A DNA stretch of 64,000 nt, from the NCBI GenBank assembly GCA_963781755.1, contig CAWAGZ010000008.1:16153-80152 (forward strand). The letters are read 5' to 3'. A program made the position numbers and the translations under genes. Of the stretch, positions 10,243 through 19,201 are shown in pieces. The notes under the pieces are model-generated. The model saw only the letters and a program-made list of their open reading frames with translations. It was not told the DNA's origin and made no database searches. This DNA is from an uncultured Acidobacteriota bacterium (GTDB lineage: Bacteria > Acidobacteriota > Thermoanaerobaculia > Multivoradales > JAGPDF01). Every line of letters starts with the position of its first letter. The stretch's first letter is position 1.

Positions 10243-10258
10243 GTCACACCCGTGTGAC
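10243..10258. promoter_or_regulatory. perfect palindrome GTCACAC-GG-GTGTGAC ~70-85 bp upstream of pstS start; candidate operator
   Basis: Seen directly between the phoU terminator and the pstS start. Half-site TGTCAC resembles Pho-box half sites, but the arrangement is inverted, not direct. Confidence 0.4.
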
Positions 10259-10381
10259 CGAGCGCAGAAGATCGGGCGACCGGAGGGCGCAATTCCGGCG
10301 GGGTCCGGCGGCGCGGCGGGAAACTGGCGCGAGCCGCCGGCCGGCGGGTCCCCGACGCAGGCTCCCGCGGCGCGCGGCAAA

Positions 10382-10397
10382 CCCGCCTTCGGGCGGG
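10382..10397 (-). terminator. hairpin CCCGCC-TTCG-GGCGGG immediately downstream of the phoU stop; candidate intrinsic terminator
   Basis: 6-bp GC stem with tetraloop; on the minus strand followed by TTTG. Confidence 0.5.
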
Positions 10398-11078
10398 TCA
10401 GTTGGTCGTCTTGGAGGGCTCTGGGCGCGCGCTGTGGCGGATGTCGCGTCCCTCGACGAAGAAGATCACGTCTTCGGCGATGTTGGTGGCGTGATCGGCG
10501 ATCCGCTCGTAGTTGCGGGCGATCAGGAGCAGGTGGAGCGCCCGGGTGGTGGTCCGGGGGTCTTCGACCATGAAGCTCAACAGCTCGCGGAAGAGCTGCT
10601 TGTAGAGACCGTCGACGTCGTCGTCGCGGCGGCAGACGTCGATCGCGGCCCGCGCGTCCCGGCGGACGAAGCTGTCGAGGGCGTCGCGCACCATTCCCTG
10701 GGTGATCTCGGCCAGCCGCGGCAGGTCGATGTAGGGCTTGAGCGGCGGCTCGCGGTTGAGGACCGTCGCGGCCTGGGCGACGTTGACCGCCGAGTCCCCC
10801 ATGCGCTCGAGGTCGGTCGCGATCTTCATCGTCGAGACCAGGAAGCGCAGGTCGACGGCGGCCGGCTGCTGGGTCGCGAGCATCCGTGCGCACAGGCCGT
10901 CGATCTCCTTCTGCAGCTCGTCGACCTCGTCGTCGGTGCGGAGGACCGCCTCGATCCGGTCGGCGTCGCGCTCGACCAACGCCTGCATCGCCTCCCTGGT
11001 CATGCGCTCGACCAGTCCCCCCATGCGCAGCAGGGTCTGCCGGATCTTGTCGAGCTCCTGGTCCTGATGTCGTTCCAT
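10398..11078 (-). CDS. phoU: phosphate signalling/transport regulator PhoU
   Basis: 226 aa, two PhoU repeats (…ATDLERMGD…, …ARNYERIADHATNIAE…). Confidence 0.95.
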   Translation of the reverse strand: MERHQDQELDKIRQTLLRMGGLVERMTREAMQALVERDADRIEAVLRTDDEVDELQKEIDGLCARMLATQQPAAVDLRFLVSTMKIATDLERMGDSAVNVAQAATVLNREPPLKPYIDLPRLAEITQGMVRDALDSFVRRDARAAIDVCRRDDDVDGLYKQLFRELLSFMVEDPRTTTRALHLLLIARNYERIADHATNIAEDVIFFVEGRDIRHSARPEPSKTTN

Positions 11079-11130
11079 GGCGGGTTCTCATGATAGCGCC
11101 GAATCCGGAAGCGGAGCTCGGCGGGGTGGG

Positions 11131-11164
11131 GAAAAATGCGGGGGAGGCCCCGAGGCGAGGGGCC
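11131..11164 (-). terminator. candidate intrinsic terminator downstream of the porin gene (GGCCCC-loop-GGGGCC stem followed by T5 on minus strand)
   Basis: Seen directly ~70 nt downstream of the porin stop. Confidence 0.45.
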
Positions 11165-11232
11165 CCCCCCGACCGAGGGAGGGCGTCGGTGCGGCGACGG
11201 GCGGACCGCCGCCGCACCGGCGAGCCCGAGGA

Positions 11233-12294
11233 TCAGAAGTTGTAGACGAACCAGGCGCCGACCTCGCTGTACTTGCCCTTGGCGCCGGCGACCGTCGAGC
11301 CGACCGAGCCGTTGCTCGTCCCGGTCACGCCGCCCTTGCCTTCGGCGTACTTGTAGGCGAGCGAGGCGGCGAGCACCTTGTTGAACTTCTTCTGGATTCC
11401 GAGGTTGTAGTAGGTCAGCTCGCGGTCGGGAGCCAAGGTCTTGCTCGGCTTGGCGTCGTCGTAGCGCAGGAAGATCGTCAGGTCCTGGGCGGGGTCGAAA
11501 TGCGCCCAGATCGAGTAGCCGTCGGCCTTGTCGGTGGTATCCGTGTCCACGTTCTTCCAGTTCTTGGCCTCGAACCACTCGCCGCCGATGCCGAAGCGGT
11601 CGTTCTTCCAGTTGATCAGGGCGTTGGTGCGCTCGGCGGTGTGCTTGGCCGGCGAGGCGTCGGTGTCCTTGCCGAGCTTGCCCGAGTACCCGCCGACGGC
11701 GAGAGTCAGACCCTGGACCGGGGTGATGGCCAGCCGGCCCTCGAAGTCCATGCTCTTGGTGCGGTCGGGATTGCTGTAGCCCTTGCCGTTGACGGCGCTG
11801 ACCTGGTACGACACGACGCCGCTCTTGCCGAGCAGGTGGATGCCCCAGTCCGCGGAGGTCCCGAAGCCCAACGAATCGGTGGTGGTGTTCTCCAGGTAGC
11901 GCATGCCGTACATGCCTTCGGCGAACGGAATCCAGGCCATGTCGGCGGAGCCCAAACGCACCGTGAAGGCGTCGGAGAACTTGCCCTGCAGGAAGGCCTT
12001 CTTGACGAAGACGTCGTAGCGCTTGGTGCCGTGATCGCCGATGTCCGACTGGAACTGCGCCGACCAGGTGTCGTCGATCTTGTGGGTGACGGTGAAATAG
12101 AACCGCTTGACGTCCACCCCGATTCCGCTGTCGGAGCTCTTGGTGCCGGTGCCGTCGTCCTTGTTCTCCTTGCTGGAGAAGTCGGTGTAGAGACGGCCCT
12201 GGATCGTGGTCGATGACGACTGGGCATGGGCCGCGACCGTCCCGGCCACCAGGGCCAGGGCCGTGAGGCCGGCGACGACGTGGGTCTTGCGCAT
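11233..12294 (-). CDS. phosphate-selective porin O/P family (OprO/OprP-like) outer-membrane beta-barrel
   Basis: ORF-track frame 11233..12417. Start set at Met of MRKTHVVAGLTALALVAGTVAAHA (signal peptide) at 12294 with upstream GGAGGAGG RBS. Alternating amphipathic composition, C-terminal aromatic (…VYNF). Sits in the Pho context. Confidence 0.8.
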   Translation of the reverse strand: MRKTHVVAGLTALALVAGTVAAHAQSSSTTIQGRLYTDFSSKENKDDGTGTKSSDSGIGVDVKRFYFTVTHKIDDTWSAQFQSDIGDHGTKRYDVFVKKAFLQGKFSDAFTVRLGSADMAWIPFAEGMYGMRYLENTTTDSLGFGTSADWGIHLLGKSGVVSYQVSAVNGKGYSNPDRTKSMDFEGRLAITPVQGLTLAVGGYSGKLGKDTDASPAKHTAERTNALINWKNDRFGIGGEWFEAKNWKNVDTDTTDKADGYSIWAHFDPAQDLTIFLRYDDAKPSKTLAPDRELTYYNLGIQKKFNKVLAASLAYKYAEGKGGVTGTSNGSVGSTVAGAKGKYSEVGAWFVYNF

Positions 12295-12540
12295 GACTCT
12301 CCTCCTCCGATGTGAGGTCGAAATCCGGGGGTTCGCGTCGGCCGCCGCCGTCGGGCGCGCGGCCGTCGTCGGATCGGGAGAGACACTAGGCCGGACGCGC
12401 GATCGGCGCGGCGACACCCGAGTGACAGGCCTGCGACACGCGGACGCGCCGCCTCTCCGCTCGCCGGGTCCGGAGACCCGGCGGAAGGCTTGGTGCGGGA
12501 GTCAGCCCCTGGCGGTGGACGCCGCGCCGTTGTCGTCGCT

Positions 12541-12805
12541 GACAAGACTTTCTGATGAAGGGAAAGACCTGCGGGAAGATCGCTTCGGGTCCGGAGCCGG
12601 CGGCCGGAGCCCGCGCTCCTCCCTGGAAAGACCTTCTGTTGAAGGGAAAGGAACCCGGGATCGTTGCCTCGGAGCCCGCGGCGGGGCCAGTGCCCGAGGC
12701 CTTCCGCTCCTGGAGAACAGCGATCGGACCTGGCTTCGCGGCCTGCGGTGCCGGCCCCGGTTCCTAGCCGTTCCGATCGATGGAAGCTTCTACTTCGTCT
12801 CTTCT
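12541..12805. repeat. cluster of partial copies of the TGAAGGGAAAG(G)ACC / GGAAGCTTCT intergenic repeat family (copies at ~12553-12569, ~12636-12654, ~12775-12800)
   Basis: Seen directly in the 557-bp gap between the phoR-like 3' end and the porin 5' end. Confidence 0.5.
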
Positions 12806-12851
12806 GGAGGCTGAACGCGAAGCGGCGGGACCGTCTTCCTGGCTCGGGCCT

Positions 12852-14621
12852 TCAGCCGCGGGTCATGGGCAGCAGGACGCGGAAGGTGGAGCCGGTGCCG
12901 GGCTCGCTCTCGACCTCGACTCTCCCCTGGTGGGCCTGGGCGACGTGCTTGACGATCGCCAGCCCGAGGCCGGTGCCGCCCTCCTCGCGCGCCCGCCCCT
13001 TGTCCACCCGGTAGAAGCGCTCGAAGATGCGCGCGACGTGCGAGGCCGAGATGCCGATGCCGGTGTCCACCACCTCGAGCGCGGCCTGGCCCTCCCGCTC
13101 GGCGAGCCGCACCTCGACGCCGCCCCCCGGCCGGTTGTACTTGATGGCGTTGTCGAGCAGGTTGGCGAGGAGCCGCAGGAGCCCGTCCGCGTCGCCCTCG
13201 ACCACCAGCGGGGGGCCGTCCTGGACGCGGACCGTGACCGAGCGGGTTGCCGCGGCGGCGGCGACCATCTCGACCGCCTCGGCGACGATCTCGCGCAGGT
13301 CGACCCGCTCGACGGCCCGGAAGGGCTCCGTCCCCTCCAGTCGCGAGAGGGTGAGCAGGTCGTCGAGCAGGTCGCCCAGCCGGCGGCACTGATCCAGGAT
13401 TCGGGTGCTGAAGCGCAGCGCGGTGTCGCGCTCGTCCACGGCGCCGTCGACCAGAGTCTCGGCGTAGCCGCGGATCGCGGCCAGGGGCGTCTTGAGCTCG
13501 TGCGAGACGTTGGCGACGAAGTCCTTGCGCGTCCTCGACAGCCGCTCGGCCTCGGTGACGTCTCGCGCCACTACGACCAGCCCCTCACCGGCGGCCAACG
13601 AGGAGGAGAGCAGCGTCAGGCTGCGCGGCTCGGGCTCGAGCAACTCGAGCTCGGTCGCGCCGCCGCTCCCGGACTGGAGCGAAGCCGCGATGAGGTCGGT
13701 CAGCCGGGGTTGCCGGACCAGCTCGAGGACGGTCGCGGCGCCGGCGTCGGCGGGCAGGCCGAACAGATCACGAAACGCCGGGTTGACGATCTTCACCCGG
13801 CCCTGCCGGTCGGTGACCAGGACGCCCTCGTTCATGCTCGCCATGGTCGAGCGCAGGTGGTCCCGTTCGGCCTCGACTGCCGCGATCTGCCGCTCGGCGC
13901 GCGTGGCGATGCGCTCGAGCGCCCGCCCCAGGGTCGCCAGCTCGCTCTCGTCCGGGATCTCGGGACGGGCCGAGTAATCGCCCTCGCCGAGGCGGTGCGC
14001 CGTCGCGATGAGCTCCGAGAGCGGCTGGAAGAGGGAGCGCGTCAGCCACCAGGACAACGCCAGGGTGAGCACGGCGGCGACCGCGGCGGAGAGCAGCAGC
14101 ACCCCCCAGAGCCGCCGGCGCAGCGCGCCGAGCGAGCGCAGCGGCAGACCCAGGCGGACGACCGCGGCGCGGCCATCGTCCCGGCGCACGACGCGCGCGG
14201 CGTAGGCGGTCTCGAGGCCCGTCGTCTTGCTCGTGCGGACCGACCGTCCTTCGCCCGATTCGAGCGCCGCGACGACCTCCGGCCGGGTGCGGTGGTTGTC
14301 CATCACGCCGACCTGTTGCGGGGTCCGGTCGCTGTCGGCGACCACGCCGCCGTCGAGCTCGATGACCGTGATGCGGTAGGGGGTCTCGTCGGCGAGCGCG
14401 GTGATCCGCTCCTGGATCGCGGCGTCGGGACGGTCCCCGCCGGGACCGGGCAGCGGAACCGAGGGGGCGACGATCCGCAGCGCGGCCTGGAGCGACTCGG
14501 CTTCGCCGTGGGCGAGGGTCCCTGGCAGCAGGGCGATCGCCAGACCCGCGACCAAGACCAGCGCAGCCGCCGCCGGGATGAGCGGGGCGAGCCGCAGCTT
14601 GGGGGAATAGGGGATCGACAT
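12852..14621 (-). CDS. phoR: PhoR-like sensor histidine kinase: signal/TM, periplasmic domain, HAMP, PAS, HisKA, HATPase
   Basis: ORF-track frame 12852..14774. Start set at Met of MSIPYSPKLRLAPLIPAAAALVLVAGLAIALL at 14621. HisKA H-box VANVSHELKTPL; G-boxes DTGIGI, GGTGLGLAIV. Confidence 0.85.
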   Translation of the reverse strand: MSIPYSPKLRLAPLIPAAAALVLVAGLAIALLPGTLAHGEAESLQAALRIVAPSVPLPGPGGDRPDAAIQERITALADETPYRITVIELDGGVVADSDRTPQQVGVMDNHRTRPEVVAALESGEGRSVRTSKTTGLETAYAARVVRRDDGRAAVVRLGLPLRSLGALRRRLWGVLLLSAAVAAVLTLALSWWLTRSLFQPLSELIATAHRLGEGDYSARPEIPDESELATLGRALERIATRAERQIAAVEAERDHLRSTMASMNEGVLVTDRQGRVKIVNPAFRDLFGLPADAGAATVLELVRQPRLTDLIAASLQSGSGGATELELLEPEPRSLTLLSSSLAAGEGLVVVARDVTEAERLSRTRKDFVANVSHELKTPLAAIRGYAETLVDGAVDERDTALRFSTRILDQCRRLGDLLDDLLTLSRLEGTEPFRAVERVDLREIVAEAVEMVAAAAATRSVTVRVQDGPPLVVEGDADGLLRLLANLLDNAIKYNRPGGGVEVRLAEREGQAALEVVDTGIGISASHVARIFERFYRVDKGRAREEGGTGLGLAIVKHVAQAHQGRVEVESEPGTGSTFRVLLPMTRG

Positions 14622-14699
14622 CGGGGCGGGCGGCGCAGTGTAGCAGCGCCGCGACGGGGCTCCGCGCGGGCTCCGGGCATTCTCCGCAGCGGGTGCGGA

Positions 14700-14790
14700 A
14701 AAGCTTGTCGAAAACCGGTTCCGGAAGCCGCCGGCGCGCGCTCGGCGTGGGTCCCGCGCGCGTTCTGCACCCATTCTTGTGCAGGCGACG
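14700..14790 (-). promoter_or_regulatory. conserved promoter block upstream of phoR: TGCGGAAAAG ... GGGTCCCG ... GCGTTcTGCACcCATTCTTGTGCA (palindrome TGCACC-N6-TGTGCA at ~14766-14783)
   Basis: Near-identical block (24/26 in the core) upstream of the phoB-like gene at 30485-30570. Confidence 0.55.
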
Positions 14791-14950
14791 TAAGCCCCGT
14801 GATGTCAGAGGTTCCGGCCTGGAGATCGCGCCGGTCGTGGACCGGCGCGGGGGCGCTGCTGTGGGGTTTTCCGCAGGGGGCCGCGGCAGGCACCGGATCG
14901 GCGTCGGTTAACTCTCTGCGACAGAGCGACTTGGGCGGGTGGGACCGGGC

Positions 14951-16582
14951 TCAGCGCGGGCGTCGCCGCGAGCGCTCGAGGCCGGGCCGGTACTCGATCC
15001 GGCGGCCGAACACCTTCTCGAACAGGTCCGAGCGGTGGCGCGCCGCGTCCAGCTCGAGCGTGACCTGGTAGGGGGAGAGCACCTCCACCACCACCCGCCG
15101 GCGCCGGGCCAGCGAAGCGTAGAGCTCGACCACGCGCGCGGCGTGCGTCCGGTCGAGCGCGTTGGCGATGCGCAGCAGCGCGCCGAGCGCGAGCACCACC
15201 TGGCGCTGCCAGGGCTCGAGCGCGGCGAAGTCCTCGTGCCGCCCCTTGGGCAGGGCGCCGCGGTGATAGCGGGCCACGTTGGCGACGACCTCGATCTCGC
15301 GCGGATCGAAGGCGTCGAGCTCGGCGCTCGAGATCAGGTAGAGAGAGTGCTTGTGATGGCGTTGGAAGTGGATCGAGTAGCCGACGTCGTGGAGCAGCGC
15401 GGCGTACTCGAGCCACTCGCGCTCGCGGGAGCCGAGGTTGTGAACGGGAGCGGTCAGGTCGAACAGCCTCACCGCGAGCTTCGCCACCTGGCGGGCGTGC
15501 CCGGCGATCGAAGGCGCCCGCTGCGCCAGCTCGGAGACCTGGCGACGACGGACGTTGGCCGGCGTCGCACCGTCGCCCGCGGGGGCGCCCAGGGCTTCGA
15601 GCAGCAGACCCTCGCGCAAGGCCCGGTCGCACAGGTGGAGCCGTTCGACTCCGGCGTGGCGGGCGAGCTCCTCGAGCAGGATCGCGCCAGCCAGGATCGA
15701 ACCGGCGCGCCGGGGACCGACCGCCGGCAGCGCCGCGATCTGGCGGCGCCGGAGCGCGCGCAGCCGCTCCACGACCTCGCCCAGCTCGCGCAGCCGGAGC
15801 TCGCGCAGGCCGCCTGCGGCCAGCCGGCGGTCCCGCCCCGCGAAATGGTCGGCCAGGTCGCCGCAGCACATCGCGGTCCCCGAGGTCGCGATCAGTCGCT
15901 CGACCCGCGCCGGCGCCCGCAGCGAAGAGATCGTCGCCCGGAGCTTGCGGCGCAGACGGTCGATCGAGGCGGTCGCCGGCGGGTCGCCGTCGAGAGCGCC
16001 GGCGCAGCGCAACGACCCCAGGCGAAGGCTGCGCACCGCGCGCAGCTTGCCGGCGCGCGCGGTGCACCACTCGGTCGAGCCGCCGCCGACGTCGACCAGC
16101 ACCGACCAGCCCCTCCCCAGGTCGACCGCGTGCCGCACGGCGCGGAAGACCAGCGCGCCCTCTTCGTTGCCGGTCAGCTTGCGCACCTCGACCCCGGTCA
16201 GGGCGCGGACCTGGTCGAGGAACTCGGAGCCGTTCGACGCCTCCCGGACGGCGCTCGTCGCGACCGCTTCGATCCGGAGGGCGCCCTTGAGCCGGGCCAG
16301 CGTGGTCATCCGCAGCAGCGCCTCGAGGCCGTCGCGCACGGCGCGTTGGGAGAGCGATCCGTGCGCCAGCGCGCTCTTGCCCAGCCGCACCATCTCGCGC
16401 TCGCGGGCGAGGACGCGATAGGCGCCGGCGCCGTCCCCCTCGGCGACGATCATGTGGATCGAGTTGGACCCGATGTCGATCGCCGCCACCCGCTCGCCGT
16501 CGGTCGCGGCGGCCGGAACGGCAGGCGCGGCGCTCCGGGTCGCCCCGGACCCCGACACGGTGCGGGCAGCGCGCTCTCTCAT
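14951..16582 (-). CDS. ppx: exopolyphosphatase / guanosine pentaphosphate phosphohydrolase (Ppx/GppA) with C-terminal HD domain
   Basis: N-terminal VAAIDIGSNSIHMIV, Ppx-GppA fold; HD-like LLHDVGYSIHFQRHHKH. Confidence 0.9.
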   Translation of the reverse strand: MRERAARTVSGSGATRSAAPAVPAAATDGERVAAIDIGSNSIHMIVAEGDGAGAYRVLAREREMVRLGKSALAHGSLSQRAVRDGLEALLRMTTLARLKGALRIEAVATSAVREASNGSEFLDQVRALTGVEVRKLTGNEEGALVFRAVRHAVDLGRGWSVLVDVGGGSTEWCTARAGKLRAVRSLRLGSLRCAGALDGDPPATASIDRLRRKLRATISSLRAPARVERLIATSGTAMCCGDLADHFAGRDRRLAAGGLRELRLRELGEVVERLRALRRRQIAALPAVGPRRAGSILAGAILLEELARHAGVERLHLCDRALREGLLLEALGAPAGDGATPANVRRRQVSELAQRAPSIAGHARQVAKLAVRLFDLTAPVHNLGSREREWLEYAALLHDVGYSIHFQRHHKHSLYLISSAELDAFDPREIEVVANVARYHRGALPKGRHEDFAALEPWQRQVVLALGALLRIANALDRTHAARVVELYASLARRRRVVVEVLSPYQVTLELDAARHRSDLFEKVFGRRIEYRPGLERSRRRPR

Positions 16583-16630
16583 CGGGAATATTGGATCACG
16601 GCCGGGTCTCGGCGCCGTGACGCCCGTGCG

Positions 16631-17623
16631 TCAGGCGCCGCCGGCGAGAAAGGTGACGACGTAGTACGCCAGGGCCGAGACCAGGCCGGCGATCGGAATG
16701 GTCAGGATCCAGGCCCAGACGATGCGGCCGGCGATCCCCCAGCGCACCGCCGAGAGGCGGCGGGTGGCGCCGACGCCCATGATCGCGCCGGTGATCGTGT
16801 GGGTGGTCGAGACCGGGATGCCGCCCAGGGTGGCGCCGATGATGGTCAGGGCGCCCGCCGTCTCGGCGCAGAAGCCGCCGATCGGGTGCAGCTTGGTGAT
16901 CTTCGTGCCCATCGTGCGGACGATCCTCCAGCCGCCGAACAGCGTGCCCATGGCGATCGCGAAGTGCGACAGGAGGATGACCCAGATCGGGACCTCGAAC
17001 CGCTCGAGATACCCGGTGGCCACGAGCAGGCCGGTGATGATGCCCATCGTCTTCTGGGCGTCGTTGCCGCCGTGGCCGAGACTGTAGAAAGCGGCCGAGA
17101 CCAGCTGTCCCTTGCGGAAGAAGCGGTCGATCCGGCCCGGGTGCCAGTGGCGGAAGATCCAGGTCACGGTGATCATCAGGATCAAGCCCAGGACCAGCCC
17201 GAGCACCGGCGCGACGACGATGAACACCAACGGCTTGATCCAGCCGGAGACCAGGATCGCCCCGAAGCCGGCCTTGGCGATCGCGGCCCCGGCGTAGCCG
17301 CCGACCAGGGCGTGGGACGACGACACCGGGATGCCGTAGTACCAGGTGAAGAGGTCCCAGAGGATCGCGCCGATCAGGCCGGCGAGGATGACCTGCTGGG
17401 TGACCAACGACAGGTCGATCATTCCCTTGCCCATCGTCTTGGCGACGTGCGTGCCGAGCACGAAGGCGGCCAGGAAGTTGAAGAACGCGGCCCAGGCGAC
17501 GGCCAGGCGCGGCGACAGCACCCGGGTCGAGACCACCGTCGCGATCGAGTTCGCGGCGTCGTGGAAGCCGTTGAGGAAGTCGAAGACCAGCGCGACGAGG
17601 ATGATGCCGACGAGCCAGGTCAT
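16631..17623 (-). CDS. pit: low-affinity inorganic phosphate transporter (PiT/PHO4 family)
   Basis: MTWLVGIILVALVFDFLNGFHDAANSIATVVSTRVL (GFHDxANS signature), polytopic membrane protein. Confidence 0.9.
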   Translation of the reverse strand: MTWLVGIILVALVFDFLNGFHDAANSIATVVSTRVLSPRLAVAWAAFFNFLAAFVLGTHVAKTMGKGMIDLSLVTQQVILAGLIGAILWDLFTWYYGIPVSSSHALVGGYAGAAIAKAGFGAILVSGWIKPLVFIVVAPVLGLVLGLILMITVTWIFRHWHPGRIDRFFRKGQLVSAAFYSLGHGGNDAQKTMGIITGLLVATGYLERFEVPIWVILLSHFAIAMGTLFGGWRIVRTMGTKITKLHPIGGFCAETAGALTIIGATLGGIPVSTTHTITGAIMGVGATRRLSAVRWGIAGRIVWAWILTIPIAGLVSALAYYVVTFLAGGA

Positions 17624-17639
17624 CGCTCGCGCCGCAGGG

Positions 17640-18293
17640 TCAGGCGTTCTTGATCACCACGTTGCCGAGGACGTGGGTGAAGTCCTTGCACTTGTCGCAG
17701 GCGTCCTCGAGGTCCTGGTAGATCTTGTTCCACTTCATGACCTCGAGCGCGTCCAGTCCGTTGTCCTTGCGGAACAGCGCGCCGAGCGAGGTCAGGTAGA
17801 GGGCATCGGCCTGATTCTCGAGGTCGGAGATGTGGACCATCCCCTCCTGGATCCGCTCCGCGTTGGACAGGTCCCAGATCAGGTGGGTGAGCTCCTCGAT
17901 CTGGCGGCAGAGGTCGCGCAGGATCTCGGCGAACCGGGTCAGCGGCTCCGGCGCGTCGCCGATCTCGAAGAGAACGATGAACTGGGCGATCCCCTCCAGG
18001 TAGTCGAGGGCGTCGTCGACGTCGACCGCGATGGCGCGGATGTCCTCGCGGTCGAAGGGCGTGATGAAAGTGGAGTTGAGCGCCTCGAAGATCCGGCGGG
18101 TGATCTTGTCGCCCTGGTGCTCGACGGCCTTGAGCTCGACCAGCTTGACCTTGCGCTCGGCGACGTCGCGCGCGCGGGCGATGGCCAGGAACAACTCGGC
18201 GGCTTTGACCAAGTTGGCCGAGGCCTGCTCGAGCAGCTCCCGGAAGCGGCCCTCGCGCGGGAGCAGGAAGCGGAGGATCGAAGCGAATCCCAT
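17640..18293 (-). CDS. DUF47/TIGR00153 PhoU-like phosphate-transport regulator, companion of Pit
   Basis: 217 aa, PhoU-like helical protein 17 nt upstream of pit; canonical DUF47-Pit pair. Confidence 0.85.
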   Translation of the reverse strand: MGFASILRFLLPREGRFRELLEQASANLVKAAELFLAIARARDVAERKVKLVELKAVEHQGDKITRRIFEALNSTFITPFDREDIRAIAVDVDDALDYLEGIAQFIVLFEIGDAPEPLTRFAEILRDLCRQIEELTHLIWDLSNAERIQEGMVHISDLENQADALYLTSLGALFRKDNGLDALEVMKWNKIYQDLEDACDKCKDFTHVLGNVVIKNA

Positions 18294-18468
18294 GGCTCGA
18301 ATGGCTCGGATCGGTCGGTTCGGAAGGTCGAAGACGGCGCGGGGAAACTAGCATCCCCGTCACACCTCCGTCACACCCCCCGAGGTGGGCCCCGGCGCGA
18401 GGGTGGGGCGCCGCCTGGTCGCGCCCTCGCAGCCCCGCTGCTGGCCCGGCTTGCATAGACTCTGCGAA

Positions 18469-19197
18469 ATGTCCTCCTCTCCTCTGGCCGGCCGAGTAGC
18501 GATCGTCACCGGCGCGAGCTCGGGCATCGGCCGGGCGACCGCGGTCGAGCTGGCGCGGGCGGGCGCCTCGGTGGCCCTCGTCGCGCGCCGCCGGGAGTTG
18601 CTCGACGCGCTCGCGGCCGAGCTCTCGACCGCCGGCCCGGGCCGCGCCGTCGCGGCGCCCGCGGACGTCGCGGACGAGGCGGCGATCGAGAAGATGGTGC
18701 GCGCGACGCTCGGGGCTTTCGGCGCGCTCGACATCCTGGTCAGCGCCGCCGGCGTCGGCGCCTTCGCGCCGGTCGCCAAGATCTCGGCCGCCGCCCTGGA
18801 CCGGCTCTGGACGGTCAACGCGCGCGGAGCGATCCTGTGCGCCAAGCACGTCGCGCCGATCCTCGCAGCGCAGGGGCGCGGCGCGCTGGTCCACGTCGGG
18901 TCGGTCTCCTCGAAGCGCGGCTGGGCGCAGGGCACGGCGTACGTGGCCTCGAAGTTCGCCCTGCGCGGCGCGACGGAATGCCTGCGGGCGGAGCTGCGGC
19001 CGCACGGCGTGCGCGTGATCCACGTCTGCCCGGATCTGGTGGACACCGGCTTCTTCGCCGCCAGCGGCGTGGCTCTGTCCGGCGGCGAGGCCCTGCTCGC
19101 CGCCGCCGACGTGGCGCGCACGATCCGCTTCGCGCTCGAGCTTCCCGAGAGCGCAGAGCTGGCCGAGCTCGACCTGCTCCCGGTGCGTCGGGGGTGA
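18469..19197 (+). CDS. short-chain dehydrogenase/reductase (SDR) family oxidoreductase
   Basis: ORF-track frame from 18385. Start set at ATG ~18469 (MSSSPLAGRVAIVTGASSGIG = TGxxxGIG cofactor motif). Catalytic YxxxK region (YVASKFALRG). Confidence 0.8.
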   Translation: MSSSPLAGRVAIVTGASSGIGRATAVELARAGASVALVARRRELLDALAAELSTAGPGRAVAAPADVADEAAIEKMVRATLGAFGALDILVSAAGVGAFAPVAKISAAALDRLWTVNARGAILCAKHVAPILAAQGRGALVHVGSVSSKRGWAQGTAYVASKFALRGATECLRAELRPHGVRVIHVCPDLVDTGFFAASGVALSGGEALLAAADVARTIRFALELPESAELAELDLLPVRRG

Positions 19198-19201
19198 CCG
19201 G

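Noticed and set aside
14766-14783. Palindromic box considered as a sigma54 (-24/-12) promoter or an E. coli-type Pho box
   Set aside because: It lacks the GG-N10-GC spacing of sigma54 promoters, and it is an inverted rather than direct repeat, so it is not a canonical CTGTCAT-N4-CTGTCAT Pho box.
12780-17653. Very long plus-strand ORFs 12780..15071 (763 aa) and 14939..17653 (904 aa) across phoR/ppx/pit
   Set aside because: Antisense to three confidently identified genes; composition is dominated by R/G/A/D/E/Q runs, characteristic of GC-rich chance ORFs.
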